In this document: positions 24,015 to 32,999 of the stretch, piece by piece
Layout of the letters: every line of letters begins with the position of its first letter
Numbering within the stretch: the stretch's first letter is position 1
Source: Chthoniobacterales bacterium
GTDB lineage: Bacteria > Verrucomicrobiota > Verrucomicrobiia > Chthoniobacterales > JAATET01
Assembly (NCBI GenBank): GCA_041740065.1
Contig: JBGSMR010000369.1
Location: 1-35,994, forward strand
DNA: 35,994 nt
Direction of reading: 5' to 3'
Notes under the pieces: model-generated
Seen by the model: only the letters and a program-made list of their open reading frames with translations
Database searches by the model: none
What the model was told of the DNA's origin: nothing
Translations under genes and position numbers: made by a program

Positions 24015-25800
24015 CGAATGGCCAGAAGATGGGAATCAGTGCCGTAGCCGTAACGAACAGCAGGACATTTAACGGCACGCCAATTTTAGCAAAATCGGAA
24101 AACCGATACCCTCCAGCTCCAAAAACATAGGTATTCGTCTGGTAGCCGATCGGCGTGCAGAAGCTTGCACTTGCGGCAAACATCACAGCCACGATGAATG
24201 GACGTGGCGATAGCCCCATGCTCGTGGCCATGGTGATAACAATGGGCGTGAGGATAATTGCCACGGCATTATTTGTGACGAGTTCCGTCAGGGTCGTCGC
24301 CAAAAGATAGACTCCAGCCAGCAAAAGATAGGGACCGAGATCTCCGAAGTTCCCCACCAGATGGCCGGCTACCCATTCGGCAGCACCCGTGGTTTCCAGT
24401 GATTTGCCGAGACCAAGCATGCCAACGATCAAAAACAGAATTGGCCAATCGATGCTTTCATAGGCTTCTTCTGCGTCGAGACAACGCGTGAGAACGACGA
24501 TCACGGCAGCGATCAATGCAGCCGACACAATCGGCAGTACCCCGGTTGCAGATAAAATCACCACGGCCGCAAGCGCGCCAATAGAGACGAGGGCCTTAGA
24601 TTTTCGGAAGGGTTTTTGGACCGTTTCATTGAGGCTCAAAAAGTCATCTTCTTCACGCAGGCGCATGAGGTTCGCTTCTGGTCCTTCGAATAGAACGGTG
24701 TCCCCGAATTCCAGCGGGATATTGGCAAACTGATCCAGCAAATTTTGGCCCCGCCGGTGCAATGCCACTGCGATCACTCCGTATCTACGCCGCAACCCTA
24801 AGTTCATAATCGTCCGGCCCACCATCGGCGAATTTGGCCCGATGATCGCCTCCACCATGCGCACCTCTCTGCGCCCGGGATCCGAATCTGGATTTTCATT
24901 TTCCAGCAGCAGGTCGCTTGCTTCGCGGATTGTTGCCACATCCCGCGCCAATCCCTTGAGCACGAGCGTGTCTCCGCTACGCAGGGGAAGCAAATCCAAA
25001 GGAACGTCCGATACGCGCAATCCGTCGCGAAGAATTTCAAAAACCCGCACGGTCCGGCTTTTCCCAAAATCTGTTTCGGGCAGGCATTTTCCAATGAGAT
25101 TTGATCGCGCACCAATAATCGCCTGCGTACAAAAACTGCGCGTATCCTCGCTGGATAGCAGCGACGAAAGCGTGGGGCGATCCGGCAGCAGTTTCCCGCC
25201 GAACGCGATCAAATAGACGGCTCCGATGGCTGCGTAAATCACACCGAGCTTGGTGATTTCAAAAACGCTAAAAGGCTCTTGTCCCATTTCCACCGCGACT
25301 CCGGAAACAAGGATGTTTGTTGAAGTGCCGAGCAGCGTGGTCGTGCCGCCGAGGATTGCAAAAAAGGAAAGCGGAATGAGAAGCTTGGACGCACTCACTC
25401 CTGACTCCCGAGCATATGCCATGAGGACCGGCAAAAAGACGACAACCACGGGCGTGTTATTTGCAAATGCAGATAGCGGAATAACCACCATCGCAAGAAG
25501 CCCCATCGCCCGGAATAAGCTCCGCCCTGCGAGACGTGAAAAATTTCCTGCCAACCAGTCCATGACCCCCGTGCGTTCCAACGAGGCGCTGAGGACAAAC
25601 ATGGCTCCGATAGTGATCGGCGCGCTATTGCTGAAGAGCGCAAGCACCTCACCACTTGGAAGTGCCCCGGTTACGATGACCAAGCCCAGCGCTGAGAGCG
25701 CGATCACATCAGGGCTCGCCCATTCTTTTACGAATGCCACGAAGACCGCAAGGGTCAGCAGCATCACGAAGATCATTGGAATGTCGATGGAGGTGGGCAT
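24004..25800 (-). CDS. SLC13/DASS-family anion permease with two internal TrkA-C (RCK_C) domains
   Basis: 598 aa. The N- and C-terminal membrane halves resemble each other (e.g. FANNTPVVVVFLP / LVTNNAVAIILTP) and flank two TrkA-C-like modules (VRVFEILRDG...GDTLVLKG; MVEAIIGPNSPMVGRTI...GDTVLFEG). The 3' end overlaps the ligase gene by 11 nt. Confidence 0.85.
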   Translation of the reverse strand: MPTSIDIPMIFVMLLTLAVFVAFVKEWASPDVIALSALGLVIVTGALPSGEVLALFSNSAPITIGAMFVLSASLERTGVMDWLAGNFSRLAGRSLFRAMGLLAMVVIPLSAFANNTPVVVVFLPVLMAYARESGVSASKLLIPLSFFAILGGTTTLLGTSTNILVSGVAVEMGQEPFSVFEITKLGVIYAAIGAVYLIAFGGKLLPDRPTLSSLLSSEDTRSFCTQAIIGARSNLIGKCLPETDFGKSRTVRVFEILRDGLRVSDVPLDLLPLRSGDTLVLKGLARDVATIREASDLLLENENPDSDPGRREVRMVEAIIGPNSPMVGRTIMNLGLRRRYGVIAVALHRRGQNLLDQFANIPLEFGDTVLFEGPEANLMRLREEDDFLSLNETVQKPFRKSKALVSIGALAAVVILSATGVLPIVSAALIAAVIVVLTRCLDAEEAYESIDWPILFLIVGMLGLGKSLETTGAAEWVAGHLVGNFGDLGPYLLLAGVYLLATTLTELVTNNAVAIILTPIVITMATSMGLSPRPFIVAVMFAASASFCTPIGYQTNTYVFGAGGYRFSDFAKIGVPLNVLLFVTATALIPIFWPFVTK

Positions 25801-26022
25801 TGGGGATATTAGACCCGGAGATTAGTGGCCTGATTTGATATGAAAAGCGATGCAGATCTTGGATCTCAGATTTGCTTGCGATATACTCTTTGTTATTTAT
25901 TCCCACCAACAATCGCAAGCGCGTCACGGATCAATCGGATCCCCGCTTTCCGGAACGATTACCACCACTAGTGCCGTCAAGATGTGATGGGCTGATGCCT
26001 TCTTCTGTGATAGGGATATCCA

Positions 26023-27345
26023 ATGTTCGATCATGAGACGATTGCCGCGATTTCCACACCACCCGGCGAGGGGGCGCTTGCTGTCGTGCGGGTCTCTGGA
26101 CCATCTGCCTTTATTATCGCAGGAAGGGTTTTTTCTAAATCCGTCCAATCCGGACGCATTCATGTGGGACGAATCATCGATCACGTGGGGGTAACGCTAG
26201 ACGAAGTCGTCGTGACTACCTTCCGCGCGCCCCACAGCTACACGGGCGAGGATGTCATAGAAATCTCTGGCCATGGCGGCCCAGTGGTCTCTGCGTCCGT
26301 TCTTCAGGCGGTGCTAACTGCCGGCGCGCGTGCGGCGGGCCCCGGAGAATTTACCCAGCGTGCCTTCCTAAATGGCAAACTGGATCTTACGCAGGCGGAG
26401 GCCGTCATGGATTTAATCCGGGCGCAAACCCCCTTAGCTGCCCGCGCCGCCGCGCTTCAACTGGAGGGTCGGATTGGCGATGAAGCCCGCGCCATCGCAG
26501 ATGCAATCCTTTCCGTCGTCGCTCACCTCGAAGCGTATATCGATTTTCCCGATGAGGATATTGAACCTGCGGTTGGGCAGGCAATGATCGTTTCCGTAAG
26601 CACCGTCCAAGAGCGGGTCAAGCGCTTATTGGCAACCGCGCCGGAGGGGCGGATTCTGCGCGATGGCGTGCGGTTGACGCTTTGCGGCCGTCCTAATGCG
26701 GGGAAATCAAGTCTTTTGAATCGGCTGACCGGATTCGAACGTGCCATCGTGAGCCCCATCGCAGGAACCACCCGTGATACGATTGAAGAACTCGTGAACT
26801 TGCGGGGCATTCCCTTCCGGGTCGTGGATACAGCCGGTCTGCGTGAAGCATCGGATGCCGTAGAAAAAGAGGGAGTCAGTCGCGCCCGCAGCGCCATTGC
26901 GTCTGCCGATGTCGTCATCCGTGTGGTGGATTCCACAGAACCCGAAGCCGATCCTCCAGCACATGAAGACGAAATTCTCGTCTTAAACAAATCGGACCTG
27001 AAGGACGAACTGCCGTCGGGTGGACCTCCGCGCGGTGTTTTGGTATCCTGCCTGACCGGGGATGGTATCGAGACGCTCGTCGATGCGCTCGTCTCCCGAG
27101 TGCGAGGTGGTAATGTGGCGATGGGTGAAAGTAATGCGGCAATCAATGCGCGTCATCAGGCATGCCTTCACCGAGCGTCCGCCGCGCTGGATGATGCGCG
27201 CGGTGCCATGGTCGCTCAGATTGCACCGGAATTTATTGCGGTGGAACTGCGTCTCGCATTGGATGCGGTCGGTGAAGTCACGGGGCGTCTGGATACGGAA
27301 GATATCCTCGACCGGATCTTCGGCACATTTTGTATCGGCAAATGA
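26023..27345 (+). CDS. mnmE: tRNA uridine-5-carboxymethylaminomethyl modification GTPase MnmE
   Basis: N-terminal TIAAISTPPGEGALAVVRVSG. G-domain GRPNAGKSSLLN, DTAGLR, NKSDL. C-terminal FCIGK. Confidence 0.93.
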   Translation: MFDHETIAAISTPPGEGALAVVRVSGPSAFIIAGRVFSKSVQSGRIHVGRIIDHVGVTLDEVVVTTFRAPHSYTGEDVIEISGHGGPVVSASVLQAVLTAGARAAGPGEFTQRAFLNGKLDLTQAEAVMDLIRAQTPLAARAAALQLEGRIGDEARAIADAILSVVAHLEAYIDFPDEDIEPAVGQAMIVSVSTVQERVKRLLATAPEGRILRDGVRLTLCGRPNAGKSSLLNRLTGFERAIVSPIAGTTRDTIEELVNLRGIPFRVVDTAGLREASDAVEKEGVSRARSAIASADVVIRVVDSTEPEADPPAHEDEILVLNKSDLKDELPSGGPPRGVLVSCLTGDGIETLVDALVSRVRGGNVAMGESNAAINARHQACLHRASAALDDARGAMVAQIAPEFIAVELRLALDAVGEVTGRLDTEDILDRIFGTFCIGK

Positions 27346-27986
27346 TCTCTATTAAAATTTCGACAGCAATGGATCGGCAAGCACCGCAGTTCGCCGTGCG
27401 CTGGACCGCGGCAATTTTCAGTCTCCTGATGGTCTTCTGTCCGGCGCTGATTGCTCAGGAGATTACCACAGCCCCTCTGGACACTTTAGGGCGTCCTGTG
27501 GCGGAAGTGACCATCGTCGGCCCGGAAACACGACTTAAAATCGATCTGCCCGGAGCAAAAGACAATGTGAAGGTAGTTCGGCTTGACGACGGCAGTGTCG
27601 CGTATGTCGTGAAGCGGCTCGGGTCAGAGCGGGATCGGGTGCTGACTCCAGACGAATTTACGCAATTTCTTTATGAGAGCCGGACCCGTGCGGGTTGGCT
27701 GGAGACGTTATTCAATATCACAAGTCCCGTCGGCATCCTTTGGGTCACCGTAGGTTTGCTGGGGCAGGTGCTTTTTACCGGTCGAATGCTGATCCAGTGG
27801 TTCGCCAGTGAAAAATCGGGACGTTCGGTGGTCCCGGTTGCTTTCTGGTGGATGAGCCTCATCGGAGCAACGATGTTGCTCGTCTATTTCATCTGGCGGC
27901 GGGACATCGTTGGCATCCTTGGACAGGCAACGGGCTGGGGGATCTACGTGCGGAATCTTGTTCTGATCCGCCGGTCACGGGCGTGA
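27342..27986 (+). CDS. membrane protein with C-terminal lipid-A-biosynthesis N-terminal (LAB_N) domain
   Basis: Signal or anchor (WTAAIFSLLMVFCPALIAQE), a ~100-aa extracytoplasmic segment, then GQVLFTGRMLIQWFASEKSGRSVVPVAFWWMSLIGATMLLVYFIWRRDIV typical of LAB_N (PF07578). ATG 27342 overlaps the mnmE stop (ATGA). An alternative ATG is at 27369. Confidence 0.68.
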   Translation: MISIKISTAMDRQAPQFAVRWTAAIFSLLMVFCPALIAQEITTAPLDTLGRPVAEVTIVGPETRLKIDLPGAKDNVKVVRLDDGSVAYVVKRLGSERDRVLTPDEFTQFLYESRTRAGWLETLFNITSPVGILWVTVGLLGQVLFTGRMLIQWFASEKSGRSVVPVAFWWMSLIGATMLLVYFIWRRDIVGILGQATGWGIYVRNLVLIRRSRA

Positions 27987-27987
27987 T

Positions 27988-28746
27988 CTAGATGCCCGGA
28001 TCAGCATCCACGTCGATCACTTCCATTGCCGGGGGCACCGGCTCCTGCGCCGGCAGTTCAACGGATCCGGGAGTGACGGGGGCAGCGGGCGTTGTTCCCA
28101 CAACGAGGGATTCCAGCGCCATCAGAGTGTTCTGCGCAGCGGAACCAGCCACAGACGACGGGTGCTGTCGCGACAATGCCTGAAATGCAGCCAGCGCGCC
28201 TTGGCGGTCACCGGATGCGAGAAGGATTTCAGCTTCAGAAAGCATGGCAAAGGGCACTACAAATGACGTAGGGTATTCGCTCAATACTCGCTGAAGATCC
28301 GCTCTAGCGGTAACGACGTCATCACTCTGCGCGGCAAGTCCTGAAAGCCCAACTAACGCGAGCGGGGCCAGCGGATGATTCGGCTGCGCTTTCAAAAATT
28401 CCTCCAGAACCCCACTCGCCTCATCTGGCTTTTTCTCATCACGCATAGCGGCGGAGAGCAATAGCGAGGCATTGCCTGCTTCGACAGACTTCGGAAATTT
28501 TGCAATGAATGCCTGAAGTTCATCCGCTGTGGACGCCGCAGAAAATGCCTCCATTGCCGCAATGCGGTTGGAGTGCGAAATTGTCATTGCACCGAAAAAT
28601 CCCACCAGCGCAACTACAACTGCGCCGGTCCCGACAAGGATCGCCATCCGGTGCTTTTCCCATACGACCTCCAAGGGACTGGGGCCAAGATCGAATAGGG
28701 GTTCGTCAGTCGCTGGGACGGGAGAAGGTTCGGGACGGTTTTGCAT
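27988..28746 (-). CDS. membrane-anchored TPR-like (YfgM-like) protein
   Basis: Short cytoplasmic N-terminus, one TM (MAILVGTGAVVVALVGFFGAM), then an Ala/Leu-rich helical-repeat domain (ASGDRQGALAAFQALSRQHP). Lies 38 nt downstream of cysK on the same strand. Confidence 0.55.
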   Translation of the reverse strand: MQNRPEPSPVPATDEPLFDLGPSPLEVVWEKHRMAILVGTGAVVVALVGFFGAMTISHSNRIAAMEAFSAASTADELQAFIAKFPKSVEAGNASLLLSAAMRDEKKPDEASGVLEEFLKAQPNHPLAPLALVGLSGLAAQSDDVVTARADLQRVLSEYPTSFVVPFAMLSEAEILLASGDRQGALAAFQALSRQHPSSVAGSAAQNTLMALESLVVGTTPAAPVTPGSVELPAQEPVPPAMEVIDVDADPGI

Positions 28747-28784
28747 GGGAATAAAGTGTGCCTTGGGTAGTCGAAGCCGGGATG

Positions 28785-29750
28785 TCAGGCGGAAACTTCG
28801 GCGCGTGCTTCTTCTGCGAGGGCCGTGCTCAGGTAGCGCTCTCCGGTCGAGCAGGCAATCGTGACGATTAATTTCCCGGCATTCTCAGGTCGTTTGGCCA
28901 ACTCGACAGCCACGTGGACATTTGCGCCAGAGCTGATGCCTCCAAGGATGCCCTCTTCTTTTGCCAAGCGCCGAGCCATGACGAATGCTTCATCATTCGT
29001 GACCGTGATCACCTCATCGATGCTGTCCAAATGCAGGTTGTTTGGCACGAATCCAGCACCAGTCCCTTGGATCTTGTGTGGTCCAGGTTTCACAGGGTCG
29101 CCTTTGCGCGTTTGCGTGATGACGGGCGAGTCTTTGGGTTCCACGGCAATCGCGAGGAGACTTGGTTTGCGTTTTTTTAACACTTCGGCACAACCGGTAA
29201 TCGTGCCGCCGGTGCCTACCGCGGAAACCAGAATATCGATCTTTCCATCCGTGTCGTCCCACAACTCCTCGGCGGTTGTTTGCTGATGGATTGCCGGGTT
29301 TGCAGGATTGTTAAATTGCTGAGGCATCCACGCGTTCGGCGTTTCCTTCACGATCTGCTCTGCTCGCGCGATCGCTCCCTTCATTCCTTCCGCTCCAGGC
29401 GTGAGAACCAACTTCGCTCCCAGCATCGCAAGCAACGTCCGCCGTTCGATGCTCATCGTCTCCGGCATCGTCAGGATCAGTCGGTATCCCTTGGACGCAG
29501 CCACAAATGCCAGCGCGATCCCGGTGTTCCCGCTTGTGGGTTCCACAATGACTGTTTCCTTCGTCAAGATACCCCGGGCTTCGGCGTCCTCGATCATTGC
29601 CATGCCAATGCGATCCTTCACGCTACCAAGCGGATTGAAAAACTCGCATTTCACCGCGATGGTGGCTGGGAGGCCAGCGGAGATGTGATTGAGCCGCACA
29701 AGTGGGGTGCGACCGATGGTTTCGACGATGTTGTTATAGATTTTGCCCAT
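28785..29750 (-). CDS. cysK: cysteine synthase A (O-acetylserine sulfhydrylase)
   Basis: [23 protein letters not shown] (PLP lysine), [12 protein letters not shown] and [11 protein letters not shown] 29750 ([10 protein letters not shown]...) chosen over the track start 29789. Confidence 0.9.
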   Translation of the reverse strand: MGKIYNNIVETIGRTPLVRLNHISAGLPATIAVKCEFFNPLGSVKDRIGMAMIEDAEARGILTKETVIVEPTSGNTGIALAFVAASKGYRLILTMPETMSIERRTLLAMLGAKLVLTPGAEGMKGAIARAEQIVKETPNAWMPQQFNNPANPAIHQQTTAEELWDDTDGKIDILVSAVGTGGTITGCAEVLKKRKPSLLAIAVEPKDSPVITQTRKGDPVKPGPHKIQGTGAGFVPNNLHLDSIDEVITVTNDEAFVMARRLAKEEGILGGISSGANVHVAVELAKRPENAGKLIVTIACSTGERYLSTALAEEARAEVSA

Positions 29751-29832
29751 GAGATTTCGGGATTGGTTGGGAGTTGCGAAACTACACAACGCGACTTGTC
29801 AGCGCAAAAAGAATCTTCTAGTGTCCTAATCC

Positions 29833-30120
29833 ATGCCAGATCGTCTTTCCGAAGAAGAAGTGGAGAATGCTTTGATTGACCTTCCCGAATGGGAGTTGCA
29901 AGGCCGGGATATCGTCCGACTTTACGAATTTAAAAATTTCGCCGAAGCGATGGAATTCGTGAACGCGGTTGCCGCACTAGCCGAAGCAGAAAAACATCAC
30001 CCTGACATCGATATCCGTTGGAATAAGGTGCGCCTGAAGCTCTCGACCCACAGTAAGGGAGGTCTGACGCGCCTGGACTTCGACCTCGCTGAAAAGCTGG
30101 ATGCCGCGGCATTGGGCTAA
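29833..30120 (+). CDS. phhB: 4a-hydroxytetrahydrobiopterin (pterin-4a-carbinolamine) dehydratase
   Basis: 95 aa. The F.NF..AM.F.N.VA..AE...HHPD...W..V...L.TH pattern (FKNFAEAMEFVNAVAALAEAEKHHPDIDIRWNKVRLKLSTH) is diagnostic of PCD/DCoH. Confidence 0.85.
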   Translation: MPDRLSEEEVENALIDLPEWELQGRDIVRLYEFKNFAEAMEFVNAVAALAEAEKHHPDIDIRWNKVRLKLSTHSKGGLTRLDFDLAEKLDAAALG

Positions 30121-30144
30121 TGGCGAGCGGAATGCGGTTTTTTT
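30104..30144 (+). terminator. weak imperfect hairpin followed by T7 run after phhB (possible intrinsic terminator)
   Basis: CCGC(GGC)ATT (30104-30113) can pair with AATGCGG (30131-30137), giving a 17-nt loop and a 3-nt bulge, followed by TTTTTTT (30138-30144). The T-run overlaps the stop codon of the convergent budA-like gene. Confidence 0.3.
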
Positions 30145-30922
30145 AGCGTTCGACTTTCCGCAGTTCGTCGGACCGATCATGACCGAGTGCCGCCTGCGAA
30201 AATGCTCCTTCTGATCTTGGAAAAAACAATTCAAATTGCGGTGCTTCAGCTATCTCAATCATTGAATCCGCGCCGATTGTCACGTCCAGCACATGACCGC
30301 CAGTTTTTTTGTCATCTGACAAAAAGTGCAGGTGATACCCGGGTGCGTTGATTCCTCGGAAATATTCGGGAAATCTGAATCCGACAAGAGTTCCCCGATT
30401 TGGGCCCGGAGGAAAGACCGTCTGTTCTTTAGCCACCTCGACAAGTTCCCGGTACGGTTTCGTTTGTGCAGGCACACTCCGAAGTTTTATCGCAGGAAAC
30501 TCGCCGCGAATCCGAATGGAATACACCCCGTTCGGATTCGCGCAAGCATGGTCCAGCGCGCGTTCCATCGCAGCCATAGTCATTGATGACCCTGCACGGA
30601 ATGCCTTCTTCGGCTTAAACCGTGTCACCGTCGCGAACGGTGTGGACAGAGAGCGGGAGACCCTCCGCACCGTGCCATCGGAGGTGACTTGATAGATTCG
30701 TCCATCAACCAACACCATCTCGCCATCCAACTTGTCAAAGGTTCCAAGTCCAAGATCTCCGTTTTTCACTACCTGAGCACAGGTAAATTCGCCATCATAG
30801 ACGCCCGCTAAAAGCGCATCAATGGTGGCGAACTGGGTCACTTTTCCGGGAGGCACACTGGCGCATCCCGCAAGCAAAACCGGAATACAGAGAAGCGAAG
30901 CGAAAAGAGAGCGATGGGTCAT
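30143..30922 (-). CDS. budA: alpha-acetolactate decarboxylase homologue with lipoprotein signal peptide
   Basis: FATIDALLAGVYDGE, GLGTFDKLDGEMVLVDGRIYQV and GYHLHFLSDD are AlsD/BudA signatures. ATG 30922 gives MTHRSLFASLLCIPVLLAGC with a lipobox (LLAGC). Confidence 0.82.
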   Translation of the reverse strand: MTHRSLFASLLCIPVLLAGCASVPPGKVTQFATIDALLAGVYDGEFTCAQVVKNGDLGLGTFDKLDGEMVLVDGRIYQVTSDGTVRRVSRSLSTPFATVTRFKPKKAFRAGSSMTMAAMERALDHACANPNGVYSIRIRGEFPAIKLRSVPAQTKPYRELVEVAKEQTVFPPGPNRGTLVGFRFPEYFRGINAPGYHLHFLSDDKKTGGHVLDVTIGADSMIEIAEAPQFELFFPRSEGAFSQAALGHDRSDELRKVER

Positions 30923-31130
30923 GCGCGTCGTTATGGCAGATTCATGAGCGCCATTCATCACCAAATTTTTCAAGCCGTGTTGCGATGCAAGCACGATTCC
31001 TCGATCGCCTGATTATTGAGGAGAAACCAAACGCGCCTCCTGCTCAGCACGCTTTGAGAGTTGCAATTTCTACCGTGCCGCCGCAGCATCAGAGCGTTAG
31101 AAATTTCTATACCACCGACCATTCTCCTTC

Positions 31131-32096
31131 ATGACAGCCACCAATCAACTCGAGCAACTCAAGGCATTCACTACCGTCGTCGCTGACACCGGTGATTTTG
31201 CATCCATTAAAAAATATTCGCCACAGGACGCGACTACCAATCCGACGCTGATCTACAAGGCGGTCCAACTCGACGAATACAAGCCGCTCCTTGAGAAAGC
31301 GATTGCTGATAATAAACCATCCAAGCTCTCTGGATCGGATTTGGTCAAAACCATCATTGACGACCTCCTCATTCAGTTCGGGCGCGAAATCTTGCAGATC
31401 GTCCCGGGCCGCGTTTCCACGGAAGTGGATGCCCGTCTATCCTTTGACACCGCCGCTACGATTGAAAAAGCGCGCTATTTGATCGGTCTCTACGAAAAAC
31501 AGGGGATCAGCCGTGAGCGTGTGCTGATCAAGATTGCATCGACCTGGGAAGGCGCCAAGGCCGCTGAGGTGGTCCAAAAAGAAGGGATCAATTGCAACCT
31601 CACGCTGATGTTTTCGCTCGGGCAAGCCATCGCCTGCGCCGACGCCGGAGTTCGGTTAATCTCACCATTTGTGGGACGCATCTACGATTATTACAAGGCC
31701 ACCACAGGCAAAGAATACCACGGCGCAGAAGATCCGGGCGTTCTTTCTGTAAACGGAATCTACAACTACTACAAAAAGTTCGGCTACGAGACCCAGGTCA
31801 TGGGAGCCAGCTTCCGCAACCTTGGTCAGATCACCGAATTAGCGGGATGCGACTTACTGACTATCAGCCCAGAACTCCTTTCCGAGCTCCAGTTCAGCGA
31901 AGGACCGCTCACGCGCAAACTCAGTGTGGAAGCAGCCAAGGAGCAGGAAATCGAGCGCATTGACGTGGACGAGAAACTTTACCGCTGGCTCTTGAACGAA
32001 GACCCGATGGCGACCGACAAGCTTGCCGACGGCATCCGAAAATTTGCCGCAGACATCGTCAAACTCGAAGGAATCATTGCTTCACAGCTCGCCTAG
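31131..32096 (+). CDS. tal: transaldolase (type 1, TalB-like)
   Basis: [37 protein letters not shown] (Schiff-base Lys) and [10 protein letters not shown]. Confidence 0.93.
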   Translation: MTATNQLEQLKAFTTVVADTGDFASIKKYSPQDATTNPTLIYKAVQLDEYKPLLEKAIADNKPSKLSGSDLVKTIIDDLLIQFGREILQIVPGRVSTEVDARLSFDTAATIEKARYLIGLYEKQGISRERVLIKIASTWEGAKAAEVVQKEGINCNLTLMFSLGQAIACADAGVRLISPFVGRIYDYYKATTGKEYHGAEDPGVLSVNGIYNYYKKFGYETQVMGASFRNLGQITELAGCDLLTISPELLSELQFSEGPLTRKLSVEAAKEQEIERIDVDEKLYRWLLNEDPMATDKLADGIRKFAADIVKLEGIIASQLA

Positions 32097-32132
32097 TCGG
32101 ATACCTGTCACAACTTTACCCCGAAAAATACC

Positions 32133-32798
32133 ATGAGATCATCCCTCACTCGAACCCTTCTTATCCCGATCGCCATTGTGGCCGGGGCCACCATGCAGCC
32201 TCACGCGATGGGGCAAAATCCGGCTGTCAAACCGCTTACTCTGCCAGTTGAGCGTCCAGGCGCATTGCCAGCGCTGATTGCTTCTGAGCGCGTGCAGGAT
32301 GATCTGCGGCTCACGAGTAAACAAAAGGACGCCGTTCATTCGCTACGGAACCGGTATAGGGATGCCGTTCGGAAGGTGATCAAAGGCACAGACACATCCA
32401 GTCTCGCATCGAAAGAGGCCGCTCAACGGTCGCTCTCCGCAATCAATTCAAAATACAACGCGCTAACATTGGCCCAACTCACTGCTCCGCAGCGCGTGCG
32501 GATCGCAGAGATCGAGCACCAAATGCTCGGAGGACACATGCTGCTATCAGCAAATGTCCGAGACCAACTTGACCTCACCGACGCGCAAAAAGTGAAACTG
32601 GCAAAAATCCACAAGAACCATCAAGCCGATGTTTCCGACGTGAATGCCTGGTATGAGGACGGCCACGTCAGCAACTACGAACGGATCCTCTACCTCCGCG
32701 AAGAACGGCAGTGTCAGGCCGAAGCCATGAGGAAAGTGCTGACTAAGGACCAGCGCGCAAAGTTCGATGCGATGGCTGGTAGGGCAATAAAGATCTAA
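32133..32798 (+). CDS. secreted hypothetical protein with repeated LTxxQ-type (Spy/CpxP-like) helical motifs
   Basis: Signal peptide (LLIPIAIVAGATMQPHAMG). Repeats LRLTSKQKDAVHSL, LAQLTAPQRVRIAEI, LDLTDAQKVKLAKI and VLTKDQRAKFDAM. Confidence 0.6.
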   Translation: MRSSLTRTLLIPIAIVAGATMQPHAMGQNPAVKPLTLPVERPGALPALIASERVQDDLRLTSKQKDAVHSLRNRYRDAVRKVIKGTDTSSLASKEAAQRSLSAINSKYNALTLAQLTAPQRVRIAEIEHQMLGGHMLLSANVRDQLDLTDAQKVKLAKIHKNHQADVSDVNAWYEDGHVSNYERILYLREERQCQAEAMRKVLTKDQRAKFDAMAGRAIKI

Positions 32799-32870
32799 CG
32801 ATCCCTATCTGCGTTCAGGCCTAGTGCATCTGGCCGCGGCGCCGACACGGTTTGCCGGAGCGAGGCCTTT

Positions 32871-32900
32871 GCGCCTTGCCAGACTGGCTTGCTATAATGG
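32871..32900 (+). promoter_or_regulatory. sigma70-like promoter candidate with extended -10 (TTGCGC-N18-TGcTATAAT)
   Basis: TTGCGC at 32871-32876. TATAAT at 32895-32900 is preceded by TGc (32892-32894). It lies in the 200-bp gap between two convergent genes and points toward the 3' end of the RND gene. Confidence 0.3.
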
Positions 32901-32999
32901 TAGTCCACCGCGTGGTCTATCGAACGCAGGAAGGGGGTGAGCGGTCGATGCGGGCGGCTTATTGCCGAACCTGGATCTGGTCGCGCATCTAGAACGGCT

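Noticed and set aside
32890-32960. tRNA-like fragments (TAATGGTAG resembling a D-loop, GTTCGAT on the minus strand resembling a T-loop)
   Set aside because: I could not fold a cloverleaf. There is no 7-bp acceptor stem, the T-stem arms do not pair, and spacing is wrong. TATAAT is better explained as a -10 box.
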